Of a DNA stretch of 64,000 nt, positions 1 to 9,058 are shown one piece after another; positions within the stretch are counted from its first letter, which is position 1, and each line of letters starts with the position of its first letter. Source of the DNA: Limnohabitans sp. (lineage in GTDB: Bacteria; Pseudomonadota; Gammaproteobacteria; Burkholderiales; Burkholderiaceae_C). Where the stretch lies: the NCBI GenBank assembly GCA_021300495.1, contig JAJTDK010000001.1:13400-77399 (forward strand), in the 5' to 3' direction. A program made the position numbers and the translations under genes. The notes under the pieces are model-generated. The model searched no databases. It was not told where the DNA came from and saw nothing but the letters and a program-made list of their open reading frames with translations.

Positions 1-1332
1 GTGTCCGACCTGACCGCTTTGGAAGTGCATGAGCACTTGCTGAGTGGCCAGGAAACGGTGCTGGAGTTCACCGCCAAGCTCGGACGTTTTGTGGATGGGG
101 CAGACAAGGCCATCCACGCCTTTGCGCACCGCGATGACCGAGTAGTTGCTCTGCAAGCTGACAACCTGCAACGTGACCGCGCGGCGGGTCACTTGCCTGG
201 CCCGTTGTTCGGCGTGCCGGTGGGTGTCAAGGACATCATCGACACCATGGATTTTCCGACTGAATACGGCAGTCCTATTCATGCGGGGCGCTATTCGGTG
301 GGTGACGCCACTGTGGTGTCTCGCTTGCGTGCTGCAGGCGCAGTGATTTTCGGTAAAACCGTGACCACCGAATTCGCCACGACGCAGCCTGGCCCTACAT
401 GCAACCCGCATAACCTGGCACACACCCCTGGCGGCTCGTCCAGTGGGTCGGCCGCAGCGGTGGCTGCGGGCATGGTGCCGGTGGCGCTGGGTACGCAGAC
501 CAATGGTTCTCTCATTCGGCCTGCTTCGTTTTGCGGTGTTTACGCCTTCAAGCCCTCTCGTGGTTTGCTACCCCGTACGGGCGTTTTGGACCAGTCGCCT
601 TCGCTGGATGAAATTGGTGTCTTTGCACGCAATTTGGAAGACATTGCCAAAGTCACAGAAATCATGTCCGGTGACGACGGCCACGACAGCGCCAGTGCGC
701 GACAAAGTCCACGCAGACTGTATGAAGTGGCGGTGTCTCAGCCCCCCTTGCCACCCAAGTTTTGCTTTGTGAAAACCCCTTGGTGGGATGACGTCGAACC
801 TGAAGCGCGTGAGGCCTATGAGGCCTTCGTGGCCCACATGGGTGATGACGTTGAAGTTGTGCAACTGCCCGACATCGTCAAGCAAGTAGCGCCCTGGTTG
901 GTCACCGTTAACGAAATTGAGCTCGGCGTATGCCTGCAAAAAGAGTGGCTGCATCACCGCGAGCAACTGAGCGAGCCGCTGCGTTTGCGCGTCGAAAAAT
1001 CTATGACGATGCCGGGCACTGATTACCTCATTGCCAAAGATCGCATGTTCCACGTCATGAACGCCTTTGACGAGTACTTTGCCACTTACGATGCAATTTT
1101 GTGTCCTGCGGCTTTGGGAACGGCCCCGCAGGGCCTGACTTCCACAGGCAACCCGATCATGCAAACTGTCTGGAGCTTTGCTGGATTGCCCAGCGTGAAC
1201 TTGCCTCTGCTGACCTTGTCCAATGGTTTGCCCTTGGGGGTTCAGGCGGTTGGCTCTTACCAAAACGATGCTCGCTTGCTACGCTCCTCGCGATGGCTAG
1301 TCTCTGAATTTATCAAAAGGAACATGGCATGA
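1..1332 (+). CDS. Amidase signature family protein (GatA-like)
   Basis: VKD..D lysine motif, GGSSSGSAA signature and GTQTNGSLIRPASFCG motif; start is at the window edge so may be incomplete. Confidence 0.85.
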   Translation: MSDLTALEVHEHLLSGQETVLEFTAKLGRFVDGADKAIHAFAHRDDRVVALQADNLQRDRAAGHLPGPLFGVPVGVKDIIDTMDFPTEYGSPIHAGRYSVGDATVVSRLRAAGAVIFGKTVTTEFATTQPGPTCNPHNLAHTPGGSSSGSAAAVAAGMVPVALGTQTNGSLIRPASFCGVYAFKPSRGLLPRTGVLDQSPSLDEIGVFARNLEDIAKVTEIMSGDDGHDSASARQSPRRLYEVAVSQPPLPPKFCFVKTPWWDDVEPEAREAYEAFVAHMGDDVEVVQLPDIVKQVAPWLVTVNEIELGVCLQKEWLHHREQLSEPLRLRVEKSMTMPGTDYLIAKDRMFHVMNAFDEYFATYDAILCPAALGTAPQGLTSTGNPIMQTVWSFAGLPSVNLPLLTLSNGLPLGVQAVGSYQNDARLLRSSRWLVSEFIKRNMA

Positions 1333-1493
1333 AATCCTTGCAACGCGTTACTGGCTTTATCGGCCTCTTACTAATGGCTGCTTTCTTGCTGCCCTATATT
1401 TTTAAACTTCCACAATTGGACATTACTCTGATTTTGATGGGTGGCCTGAGCCTGGCTATTTTTGATTTTTTTTCGTCTAACAAAGACGAATAA
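1329..1493 (+). CDS. Small 54-aa hydrophobic membrane protein
   Basis: ATGA overlap with amidase stop; translated by hand as MKSLQRVTGFIGLLLMAAFLLPYIFKLPQLDITLILMGGLSLAIFDFFSSNKDE, two hydrophobic segments. Confidence 0.65.
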   Translation: MKSLQRVTGFIGLLLMAAFLLPYIFKLPQLDITLILMGGLSLAIFDFFSSNKDE

Positions 1494-1620
1494 GAAATTT
1501 CTTGAGTGATTGCCTAACTATCTGTACGGCAAGTCCTCTGAGCGCTACAGCTTTTGAGGCCTGATCAATTTAGGTCCTCATTGTGATTGGCAGACATCCG
1601 CCCATTCTGGTATCGCTCCA

Positions 1621-2856
1621 ATGAGTCAAAATTCAAACGCCTTGCCAACCGCTTTTCAAAAGCTTGCATTTTCCAATTTAATGGCACAGTCAGCAGAGCA
1701 GCTGACTTTGGCAGCTGTGCCTATCGTGGCGGTGCTGGTGCTACAAGCTGGACCCGGAGAAATTGGTGTGATTGCCGCAGTGCAGTCCTTGCCGTTTTTA
1801 CTACTTTCCATTCCCTTGGGCTTGCTGGCCGATCGCATGTCGCGAAAAAAGTTGATGGTAGTTTCCGAGCTGCTGCGTGTGTGTGCCTTGATGGTGCTAA
1901 TTGGCGCCATGTTGCTCGATCAAATCAGTGTGACCCTATTGGCTTGCGTGGGTTTTCTGGCATCTGTTGGCACTGTTGGCTTTAGTGTGAGTGCGCCTTC
2001 TTTGGTGCCATCTTTGGTGGGGCCGCAGCATCTGGCCACAGCCAATGGTCGATTGGAGTTGGCGCGCAGCATGGCCTTTGCAGGAGGCCCTGCATTGGCC
2101 GGTGCATTGATTGCCTGGATGGGCGCATCTACCTCCTTTGTGTTGTCCTTGATGATGTCACTGGCAGCAGTCGGTTTTTTAAGCCAGATTCAAGAACCGA
2201 GCAGGCAATCTGCACCTGATCGCCATCCTTGGTTAGAGCTCAAAGATGGCGCAAATTTTGTATGGGCCAGTCAACTCTTGCGTCCCATCTTGTTCACATC
2301 AGTCGCCTGGAATATTTCTTGGTTTGTTTTGCAAGCCATCTATGTGCCCTATGCCATGCATACCTTGGGAATGGGATCAAGCGAAGTGGGGCTGACCATG
2401 GCCTGTTATGGCGTGGGCATGATCGTAGGCTCCTTGATGGCGGCTCGCATTGTTTCTGTCATGCCTTTTGGTATGGCCATTTTGCTGGGGCCATTTTTCT
2501 CCGTCCTCGCAGCGATTGTCATGGCTTTAACCATTTGCTATCCCTTCGTCAGCGTGGCGGGCTTGGCTTACTTTCTGTTTGGATTTGGTCCCATCATTTG
2601 GACCATCACATCCACCACTTTGCGTCAAAGCGTCACGCCCAACGCCATGATGGGTCGGGTCACCGCCATTACCATGGTGGCTGGCACTGGCGCGCGCCCC
2701 ATTGGTGCTTTGCTGGGCGCTTTTGTGGGTGAATGGAGCTCGGACCTTGCCAGTCTCTTGTTGGTAGTGATGGGCTTCTCGGTTCAAGCCATTGTGATTG
2801 GCTGCTCTAGGGTCCGAAGCTTGAAATCTCTCAGCGAAGCCCGGGAAGGGCGATAA
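1621..2856 (+). CDS. MFS transporter
   Basis: About 12 hydrophobic segments; motif A GLLADRMSRK. Confidence 0.85.
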   Translation: MSQNSNALPTAFQKLAFSNLMAQSAEQLTLAAVPIVAVLVLQAGPGEIGVIAAVQSLPFLLLSIPLGLLADRMSRKKLMVVSELLRVCALMVLIGAMLLDQISVTLLACVGFLASVGTVGFSVSAPSLVPSLVGPQHLATANGRLELARSMAFAGGPALAGALIAWMGASTSFVLSLMMSLAAVGFLSQIQEPSRQSAPDRHPWLELKDGANFVWASQLLRPILFTSVAWNISWFVLQAIYVPYAMHTLGMGSSEVGLTMACYGVGMIVGSLMAARIVSVMPFGMAILLGPFFSVLAAIVMALTICYPFVSVAGLAYFLFGFGPIIWTITSTTLRQSVTPNAMMGRVTAITMVAGTGARPIGALLGAFVGEWSSDLASLLLVVMGFSVQAIVIGCSRVRSLKSLSEAREGR

Positions 2857-2944
2857 GGATAAAGCCAAATTTTGACCTTGGAGCCAGACATGCCTTGAAT
2901 CTGTGGCCTAATATCGCCTTGAACTTTTTTTCCTGGAGCCACTG

Positions 2945-3115
2945 ATGGGCAATAAGATTGTTACCGAAGCTGATCGCAAATACACCCCGCCCTTGAAGGC
3001 TTTGCCTGGCGTTACTTTACCCACAACCGGCCGCGGCCAACGTGTTAGCTTAGAACGCGGCGTTTCCACGCGCAGCAAAAAGAACCCTGGCAAGCGTGCT
3101 AAAAAAGGTGGTTAA
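2945..3115 (+). CDS. Small basic hypothetical protein (56 aa)
   Basis: GGAG SD upstream; MGNKIVTEADRKYTPPLKALPGVTLPTTGRGQRVSLERGVSTRSKKNPGKRAKKGG; followed by a terminator. Confidence 0.6.
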   Translation: MGNKIVTEADRKYTPPLKALPGVTLPTTGRGQRVSLERGVSTRSKKNPGKRAKKGG

Positions 3116-3159
3116 TGCTGCTTGACCATTGAGACCAGAGTTTTCACTTTGGAATCAAC

Positions 3160-3184
3160 AAAAGCCCTCTCATGAGGGCTTTTT
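3160..3184 (+). terminator. Rho-independent terminator
   Basis: AAAAGCCCTC-TCAT-GAGGGCTTTTT. Confidence 0.8.
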
Positions 3185-3225
3185 ATTTTCAAAAAAGCTC
3201 AACTTGAAGGCACAATAGAGCTTTA

Positions 3226-3318
3226 GCCCCGGTGGTGAAATTGGTAGACACATCGGACTTAAAATCCGCCGCTTCGTTCATAGCGGGCGTGCCGGTTCGA
3301 TTCCGGCCCGGGGCACCA
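3226..3318 (+). tRNA. tRNA-Leu(TAA)
   Basis: GCCCCGG/CCGGGGC acceptor stem, anticodon arm GGACT-TAA-AATCC, long variable arm, GGTTCGATTCC T-loop, CCA end. Confidence 0.95.
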
Positions 3319-3336
3319 TCGACTAAGTAAACAGCC

Positions 3337-3972
3337 ATGACATCCTTCAGCGCACCCTTTGAAATTCATGTTCATGGTGAAATCCTGTTGCGTGATGACG
3401 TGGACTTTAAGGCACTGCAAGAAGCCGCCAAGCCCCTTTGGAAATACGCGGGCGCTAAATCGCTCACAGAAGGTGCACAAAGCCTTTACGAAGAAGAGCC
3501 TGGCATTCGATTTGAAGCCGCCGATCACAAGCTTCAACTGTGCTGGACCGTCCGCGGCGACGAGGATTTTCGCCAAGTGCTAGACGATCTCTGCATGAAC
3601 ATCAACGAAATTTCGGCAGCGGGCGCACAGCTAGAAATCACCTTTTACGACACTGAGTTTGAAGATGAAGATGAATCGCGCGGTGCAGAGTCACGCGATG
3701 ATTTCCTCATCCTCTTTGTGGGCCCCGATCCTGCTTCAATCATGCAGGCACAAAGAGATTTGCTGGTTCAAGACGTCGTGGGACTTATGGAGCGCCATTT
3801 TGATGGCTCAGAGCTCAGTGGCGTGGTCCAAGAAATTGACAAGCTGTTCTCAGAGCGCTTTAGCGATTTGGTCAGCTCGCTCGAATTGGGCAAGCCGCCT
3901 AGGGGCAGCGGTGGCGGCGGACCACAAGGTGGTGGGCATGGCGGGGGCCGTCGGCCACGCCATTTGCACTGA
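3337..3972 (+). CDS. Hypothetical protein, acidic with Gly-rich C-terminus
   Basis: 211-aa ORF with gene-like composition; no function recognised. Confidence 0.75.
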   Translation: MTSFSAPFEIHVHGEILLRDDVDFKALQEAAKPLWKYAGAKSLTEGAQSLYEEEPGIRFEAADHKLQLCWTVRGDEDFRQVLDDLCMNINEISAAGAQLEITFYDTEFEDEDESRGAESRDDFLILFVGPDPASIMQAQRDLLVQDVVGLMERHFDGSELSGVVQEIDKLFSERFSDLVSSLELGKPPRGSGGGGPQGGGHGGGRRPRHLH

Positions 3973-4011
3973 ATTCAAATTTAAACGCCACCAGGCCTTG
4001 GCCCACTTGCC

Positions 4012-5283
4012 ATGCTCAATCCGGGTGTAAAGCGCAGAGAAGTCTTTGGCTGGGCCATGTATGACTTCGCCAATTCTGGCTACACCACGGTGGTCATCAC
4101 AGCGGTCTTTGCGGCTTACTTTGTGGGCGCAGTGGCCGACCAAGCAGATTGGGCCACTTTGGCTTGGACCAGTGCACTCAGTCTGTCCTACGCCATTGTC
4201 ATGCTCACCATGCCAGCTTTGGGCGAATGGGCCGATCGACACGCCGCCAAGAAAAAAATGCTCATGGCTTTTACCGCCGCTTGCGTGGTCAGTACGGCAG
4301 CCTTGGCTTGGGTCGGGCCGGGTCAGGTGGCTTTGGCTGTTGTTTGCATTGTGATCTCCAACACTTTTTTCTCTTACGGCGAATCTTTAACAGCAGCCTT
4401 TTTGCCTGAACTGGCCACATCCAAGGCCATGGGACGCGTCAGTGCATGGGGATGGGCATGGGGTTATTTAGGCGGCATGCTGACATTGGGTATTTGCTTG
4501 GGCTATGTGCTTTGGGCACAAGACCAAGGCCAAACTGCGGGACAGTTTGTACCGGTCACCATGCTTGTCACCGCTCTCATTTATGCGCTTGCCGCATGCG
4601 TTACCTTTGCACTCATGAAAGAACACGCCAAACCGCAACCTGAGCGAGAGCGTTCAAAAAGTCAGTGGCAACAGTTGCGTCAAACCTTTCAAGAAGCCAA
4701 AGCCTACAAAGATTTCATGCAACTCATGGCGTGTGCAGTGGCCTATCAAGGCGGCGTGGCTGTTGCCATTACATTGGCAGCCATCTACGCCGAACAAGTC
4801 ATTGGATTTCAGCCGCAAGAAACCATGGCCCTTATTTTTGTATTGAACATTGCGGCCTTGGTGGGCGCTTTGGTGTTTGGGTATGTGCAAGATCGCATCG
4901 GTCACAAATTGGCGCTGGCGATCACTTTGGTAGGGTGGAGCATCACTTGTGTTTTGGCAGCGCTGACCACCAGCAAAGAAGTTTTTTGGTGGGCGGCTGC
5001 CTTGGCGGGTGTTTGCATGGGTTCTAGCCAATCCACGGGCAGGGCCATGGCGGGCTTGTTCATTCCAAGCCATCGTTTGGCTGAGTTTTTTGGCTTGTGG
5101 ACGTTTGCCATTCGACTGGCCAGCATTGTGGGCCCATTGGGTTATGGATTGATCACTTGGTTCACGTCGGGCAATCAGCGCATGGCAATTGGTGCCACCG
5201 CTGTTTTGTTTCTGGTCGGTTTGGCTTTGTTGTTGCCCATCAATGTACAGCGAGGTCAAAGCAAGGCCCAAGCGCAAGCCTAA
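4012..5283 (+). CDS. MFS transporter, UMF1/Atg22-like
   Basis: WAMYDFANS N-terminal motif; multiple TM segments. Confidence 0.85.
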   Translation: MLNPGVKRREVFGWAMYDFANSGYTTVVITAVFAAYFVGAVADQADWATLAWTSALSLSYAIVMLTMPALGEWADRHAAKKKMLMAFTAACVVSTAALAWVGPGQVALAVVCIVISNTFFSYGESLTAAFLPELATSKAMGRVSAWGWAWGYLGGMLTLGICLGYVLWAQDQGQTAGQFVPVTMLVTALIYALAACVTFALMKEHAKPQPERERSKSQWQQLRQTFQEAKAYKDFMQLMACAVAYQGGVAVAITLAAIYAEQVIGFQPQETMALIFVLNIAALVGALVFGYVQDRIGHKLALAITLVGWSITCVLAALTTSKEVFWWAAALAGVCMGSSQSTGRAMAGLFIPSHRLAEFFGLWTFAIRLASIVGPLGYGLITWFTSGNQRMAIGATAVLFLVGLALLLPINVQRGQSKAQAQA

Positions 5284-5294
5284 TCGACAGCCTC

Positions 5295-5810
5295 ATGACT
5301 GCATTTCGCTACCTTCAGGCCTACCCAGACAAGCTGCAGTTGCAAGTGCAGAAAATCATTGAAGGTCCTGGTTTGGGTGAATGGTTAAAGTCTAGACATT
5401 CAGAGTCGCACACCATTCGCACAGATGGCGCACTCTACAACTACGTCATGGAACTGAAAAATGAATTTTTGCGTCAGGCTGATCCCATTAACAAGGTCAG
5501 TTATGACAGCAAGCTGCAAATCATTCAACATGCTTTGGGTTTGCACACCACCACCTCACGCATTCAAGGCAGCAAACTGAAATCAAAGCGCGACATCAAA
5601 GTGGCCGCCTTGTTCAAAGAAACACCCATTGCATTTCTGCAAATGATTGCTGTGCACGAATTGGCGCATCTCAAAGTGCGCGAACACGACAAAGCTTTCT
5701 ACAAGCTTTGCCATCACATGGCACCAGATTATGCGCAGTGGGAGTTTGAGCTGCGGGTTTACCTCACGCACCTAGATCAGGGTGGTGAGAAGCTTTGGGC
5801 TGCAGCTTGA
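5295..5810 (+). CDS. YgjP/DUF45-like zinc metallohydrolase
   Basis: HELAHL..H.KAFY motif; likely ATG at 5295. Confidence 0.8.
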   Translation: MTAFRYLQAYPDKLQLQVQKIIEGPGLGEWLKSRHSESHTIRTDGALYNYVMELKNEFLRQADPINKVSYDSKLQIIQHALGLHTTTSRIQGSKLKSKRDIKVAALFKETPIAFLQMIAVHELAHLKVREHDKAFYKLCHHMAPDYAQWEFELRVYLTHLDQGGEKLWAAA

Positions 5811-6685
5811 TGGCAGCACGCAGGCGGCAGGTCTAACCACCGAAGGGCCGCAGATTGAAGTGCGCTTAAAGCGCCTGTGGTCCAAAGTTCAATCTTTTCA
5901 GATTCACTTGAACGAGAAGGGGCGAGAGGCACCAAATTGGCTGGTGTGATTAAGCGTTTGGTTTGTTTCGCAACCGCTTCACCTGTTGAAATAAGCTGTA
6001 CATCAGGACCAACCAGTTTTTGTAAAATTTCTTGCACAAAAATGTAGTGCGTGCAGCCTAAAACCAAGGTGTCTATTTGGGCATTTGCAGGCCCAAAAGA
6101 GCCCATGCTCTGAACGTACTTGGCACACAACTGCGCAACCTCTGTGGTGTCGTTTAAAGACTTTTCAGTTTGCTTTTCAATGGCCAGCGCCAAGCCTTTG
6201 CAGGCTTTTAAAACAAAATGGCCTTTCTTAGGCAAAGCATCTGTTTGAACTGTCTTGAGCAAGTTGTCGAAACGCGTGCTGTTCAAAGTGCCTTGTGTGC
6301 CCATCACGCCCACATACCCAGTTTGCGTTTGTGCAAGCGCGGGTTTGAGTGCGGGTTCAACACCTATGAATGGCAGCTTAGGGTAATGGGTGCGCAAACT
6401 CTCAATGGCCACAGCCGTGGCGGTATTGCATGCCACAACCACGGCCTTCATGGCACCCTTTGCCAAAAGCTGTTCAGTGATGTGATGGCTTCGTGCAATG
6501 ACAAAGTCGTCGCTGCGCTCGCCATAGGGCGCATAGCCACTGTCGGCCCAGTAAATGAAGCGCTCTTGCGGCATTTCGGCACGCAAGGCTTTCAAAACAC
6601 TCAAGCCACCAATGCCGCTGTCAAAAACGCCGATGGCCCCTTGACGGGCACCCACATTTAGAGGGGCAGGCTCAATTGGCGCCAA
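5777..6685 (-). CDS. murI: Glutamate racemase (start uncertain)
   Basis: IGVFDSGIGGLSV, VVACNTAT and LVLGCTHY motifs. Confidence 0.9.
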   Translation of the reverse strand: MAPIEPAPLNVGARQGAIGVFDSGIGGLSVLKALRAEMPQERFIYWADSGYAPYGERSDDFVIARSHHITEQLLAKGAMKAVVVACNTATAVAIESLRTHYPKLPFIGVEPALKPALAQTQTGYVGVMGTQGTLNSTRFDNLLKTVQTDALPKKGHFVLKACKGLALAIEKQTEKSLNDTTEVAQLCAKYVQSMGSFGPANAQIDTLVLGCTHYIFVQEILQKLVGPDVQLISTGEAVAKQTKRLITPANLVPLAPSRSSESEKIELWTTGALSALQSAALRWLDLPPACCHQAAAQSFSPP

Positions 6686-8225
6686 CTTTGATGCCTTTGA
6701 ACTCTCCCGTGGCAATTCGTTTTTGCCATTCAGCGGGGCCGGTATTGTGAGCGCTTGTGCCACCAGAATCTACCGCCACTGTGACAGGCATATCCACCAC
6801 ATCAAATTCGTAAATGGCTTCCATGCCCAAGTCTGCAAAGGCCAACACCTTCGATTGTTTGATGGCTTTGGACACCAAATAAGCCGCACCGCCCACAGCC
6901 ATGAGGTAGGCTGATTTGTGTTTTTGGATGGCTGCAATGGCCTCAGGGCCTCGCTCGGCTTTGCCCACCATGGCAATCAGGCCGGTTTGGGCCAACATCA
7001 TCTCGGTGAATTTGTCCATGCGTGTGGAGGTGGTGGGGCCTGCGGGTCCAACAGCTTCGCCCTTCATGGGGTCTACCGGGCCTACATAGTAAATGACGCG
7101 GTTGGTGAAGTCGACAGGCAGTTTTTCGCCCTTGGCCAACATGTCTTGAATGCGTTTGTGAGCGGCATCGCGCCCCGTTAACATTTTGCCGTTGAGCAGC
7201 AAAGTTTGACCAGGTTTCCAGCTCGCCACCTCTGCGGGAGTCAGTGCGTTTAAATCAATGCGCTTGCTCTTTTTTGTATCGGGTGTCCAGTTCACATCGG
7301 GCCACAAATCGAGGGAAGGCACATCCAAGTAAACGGGGCCAGAGCCGTCCATCACAAAGTGCGCATGTCGGGTGGCGGCGCAGTTGGGAATCATGGCCAC
7401 AGGCTTACTGGCGGCGTGGGTGGGGTACATCTTGATTTTGATATCAAGCACCGTGGTGAGGCCACCCAAACCTTGAGCGCCAATGCCAAGCGCATTGACT
7501 TTTTCATAAATTTCCAAGCGCATGTTTTCAACTTGAGTGAGCTTTTCGCCCTTGCTTGATTTCTCTAGCAACTGGTACATGTCGAGGTCGTCCATTAAAC
7601 TTTCTTTGGCCATCAGGGCTGCCTTTTCTGCAGTACCACCAATGCCAATTCCCAACATGCCAGGAGGGCACCAACCAGCACCCATGGTGGGGACTGTTTT
7701 CAAGACCCAGTCGACGACACTGTCGCTGGGGTTGAGCATGACCATCTTGGACTTGTTTTCACTACCGCCTCCTTTTGCAGCCACGGTGATGTCCAGTTTG
7801 TTGCCGGGCACTATTTGCGTGAAGATCACGGCAGGGGAGTTGTCCTGTGTGTTCTTGCGAGCAAATTCAGGATCGGAAACTACCGATGCGCGCAACATGT
7901 TGTCGGCATAGTTGTAACCTCGTCGCACGCCTTCATTGATGGCATCTTCTAAGCCGCCTTTGAAGTTGTCAAACTTGATGTCCATGCCGACTTTCAAAAA
8001 CACATTGACGATGCCGGTGTCTTGGCACATGGGACGATGGCCCATGGCGCTCATTTTGCTGTTGGTCAAAATTTGCGCAAGGGCGTCTTTGGCCGCGGGG
8101 CTTTGCTCTCGGTGGTACGCAGAAGCTAAGTGGGAGATGAAATCAGCAGGGTGGTAGTAGCTGATGTATTGCAGGGCAGCTGCTACGGATTCAATCAGGT
8201 CTTCTTCTTTAATCAAGGTGGTCAT
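6672..8225 (-). CDS. Class I (Fe-S) fumarate hydratase
   Basis: CQDTG, KGGGSEN, GWCPP and GPTTSTRMD motifs. Confidence 0.9.
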   Translation of the reverse strand: MTTLIKEEDLIESVAAALQYISYYHPADFISHLASAYHREQSPAAKDALAQILTNSKMSAMGHRPMCQDTGIVNVFLKVGMDIKFDNFKGGLEDAINEGVRRGYNYADNMLRASVVSDPEFARKNTQDNSPAVIFTQIVPGNKLDITVAAKGGGSENKSKMVMLNPSDSVVDWVLKTVPTMGAGWCPPGMLGIGIGGTAEKAALMAKESLMDDLDMYQLLEKSSKGEKLTQVENMRLEIYEKVNALGIGAQGLGGLTTVLDIKIKMYPTHAASKPVAMIPNCAATRHAHFVMDGSGPVYLDVPSLDLWPDVNWTPDTKKSKRIDLNALTPAEVASWKPGQTLLLNGKMLTGRDAAHKRIQDMLAKGEKLPVDFTNRVIYYVGPVDPMKGEAVGPAGPTTSTRMDKFTEMMLAQTGLIAMVGKAERGPEAIAAIQKHKSAYLMAVGGAAYLVSKAIKQSKVLAFADLGMEAIYEFDVVDMPVTVAVDSGGTSAHNTGPAEWQKRIATGEFKGIKVGAN

Positions 8226-8294
8226 GTCTTACTTTCACGAAGTCTTATTTAAATTTTCAAAATTCAGGAGCTGAAAGCTGCCTGTTCACTATTT

Positions 8295-8897
8295 TCAATG
8301 GTTGTTGTGGTGTGACATCAGCTTGTCGGTGTAGGCAATGGCCAAGGCACTGAGAAGGAAGGTGACATGGATGATGGTTTGCCACATCAGAACTTGTTCG
8401 GTGTAGTTAGCAGCATTGATGAATGTCTTGAGCAGGTGGATGGAACTGATGCCGATGATGGCAGTGCCTAATTTCACTTTCAAAACAGACGCATTCACAT
8501 GGCTCAGCCATTCTGGTTGATCGGGGTGGTTTTCCAAATCCATGCGCGACACAAATGTTTCGTAGCCACCCACAATGACCATGATGAGCAGATTGGAAAT
8601 CATGACCACGTCAATGAGTGCTAAGACCACTAACATGATGATGGTCTCATTCAATTGCGTGATGGGGGCGTCGACTTTGTAACCAATGCCAGAGATCAAA
8701 GCTTGAAGGGCTGTTTGGCTGCCAAATACGGCTTCCAAAAGATGCACCAGCTCCACCCAAAAATGGAACACGTAGACACCCTGCGCCAAAATTAAGCCGA
8801 GGTAGAGGGGAAGTTGCAACCAACGACTGGCAAAAATCAGCTTAGGCAGGGGGCGAAGGTCCGTTTTTTGGGAATGGGGTTGGGGGTTGGAAGCCAT
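8295..8897 (-). CDS. UPF0114/YqhA-family membrane protein
   Basis: [12 protein letters not shown] and GGYETFVSR motifs. Confidence 0.8.
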   Translation of the reverse strand: MASNPQPHSQKTDLRPLPKLIFASRWLQLPLYLGLILAQGVYVFHFWVELVHLLEAVFGSQTALQALISGIGYKVDAPITQLNETIIMLVVLALIDVVMISNLLIMVIVGGYETFVSRMDLENHPDQPEWLSHVNASVLKVKLGTAIIGISSIHLLKTFINAANYTEQVLMWQTIIHVTFLLSALAIAYTDKLMSHHNNH

Positions 8898-9058
8898 GGT
8901 TGATCTTTAGAGAAGTTTGTTTGATTTTAAAGCCGTAGATTTGCCGAAATGTGTCGGATTTAACAAGATATGAAAGAATACTGTCAGTCAGGGCTTTGTA
9001 AGAGCCAAGCACGACATTCAGCACCAGCAATTCGAATAAGTTCCTAAGGAGACACATC

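Noticed and set aside
2872-3140. Imperfect direct repeat TTGACCTTGGAGCCAGA / TTGACCATTGAGACCAGA flanking the small ORF
   Set aside because: Short and gapped; compatible with chance
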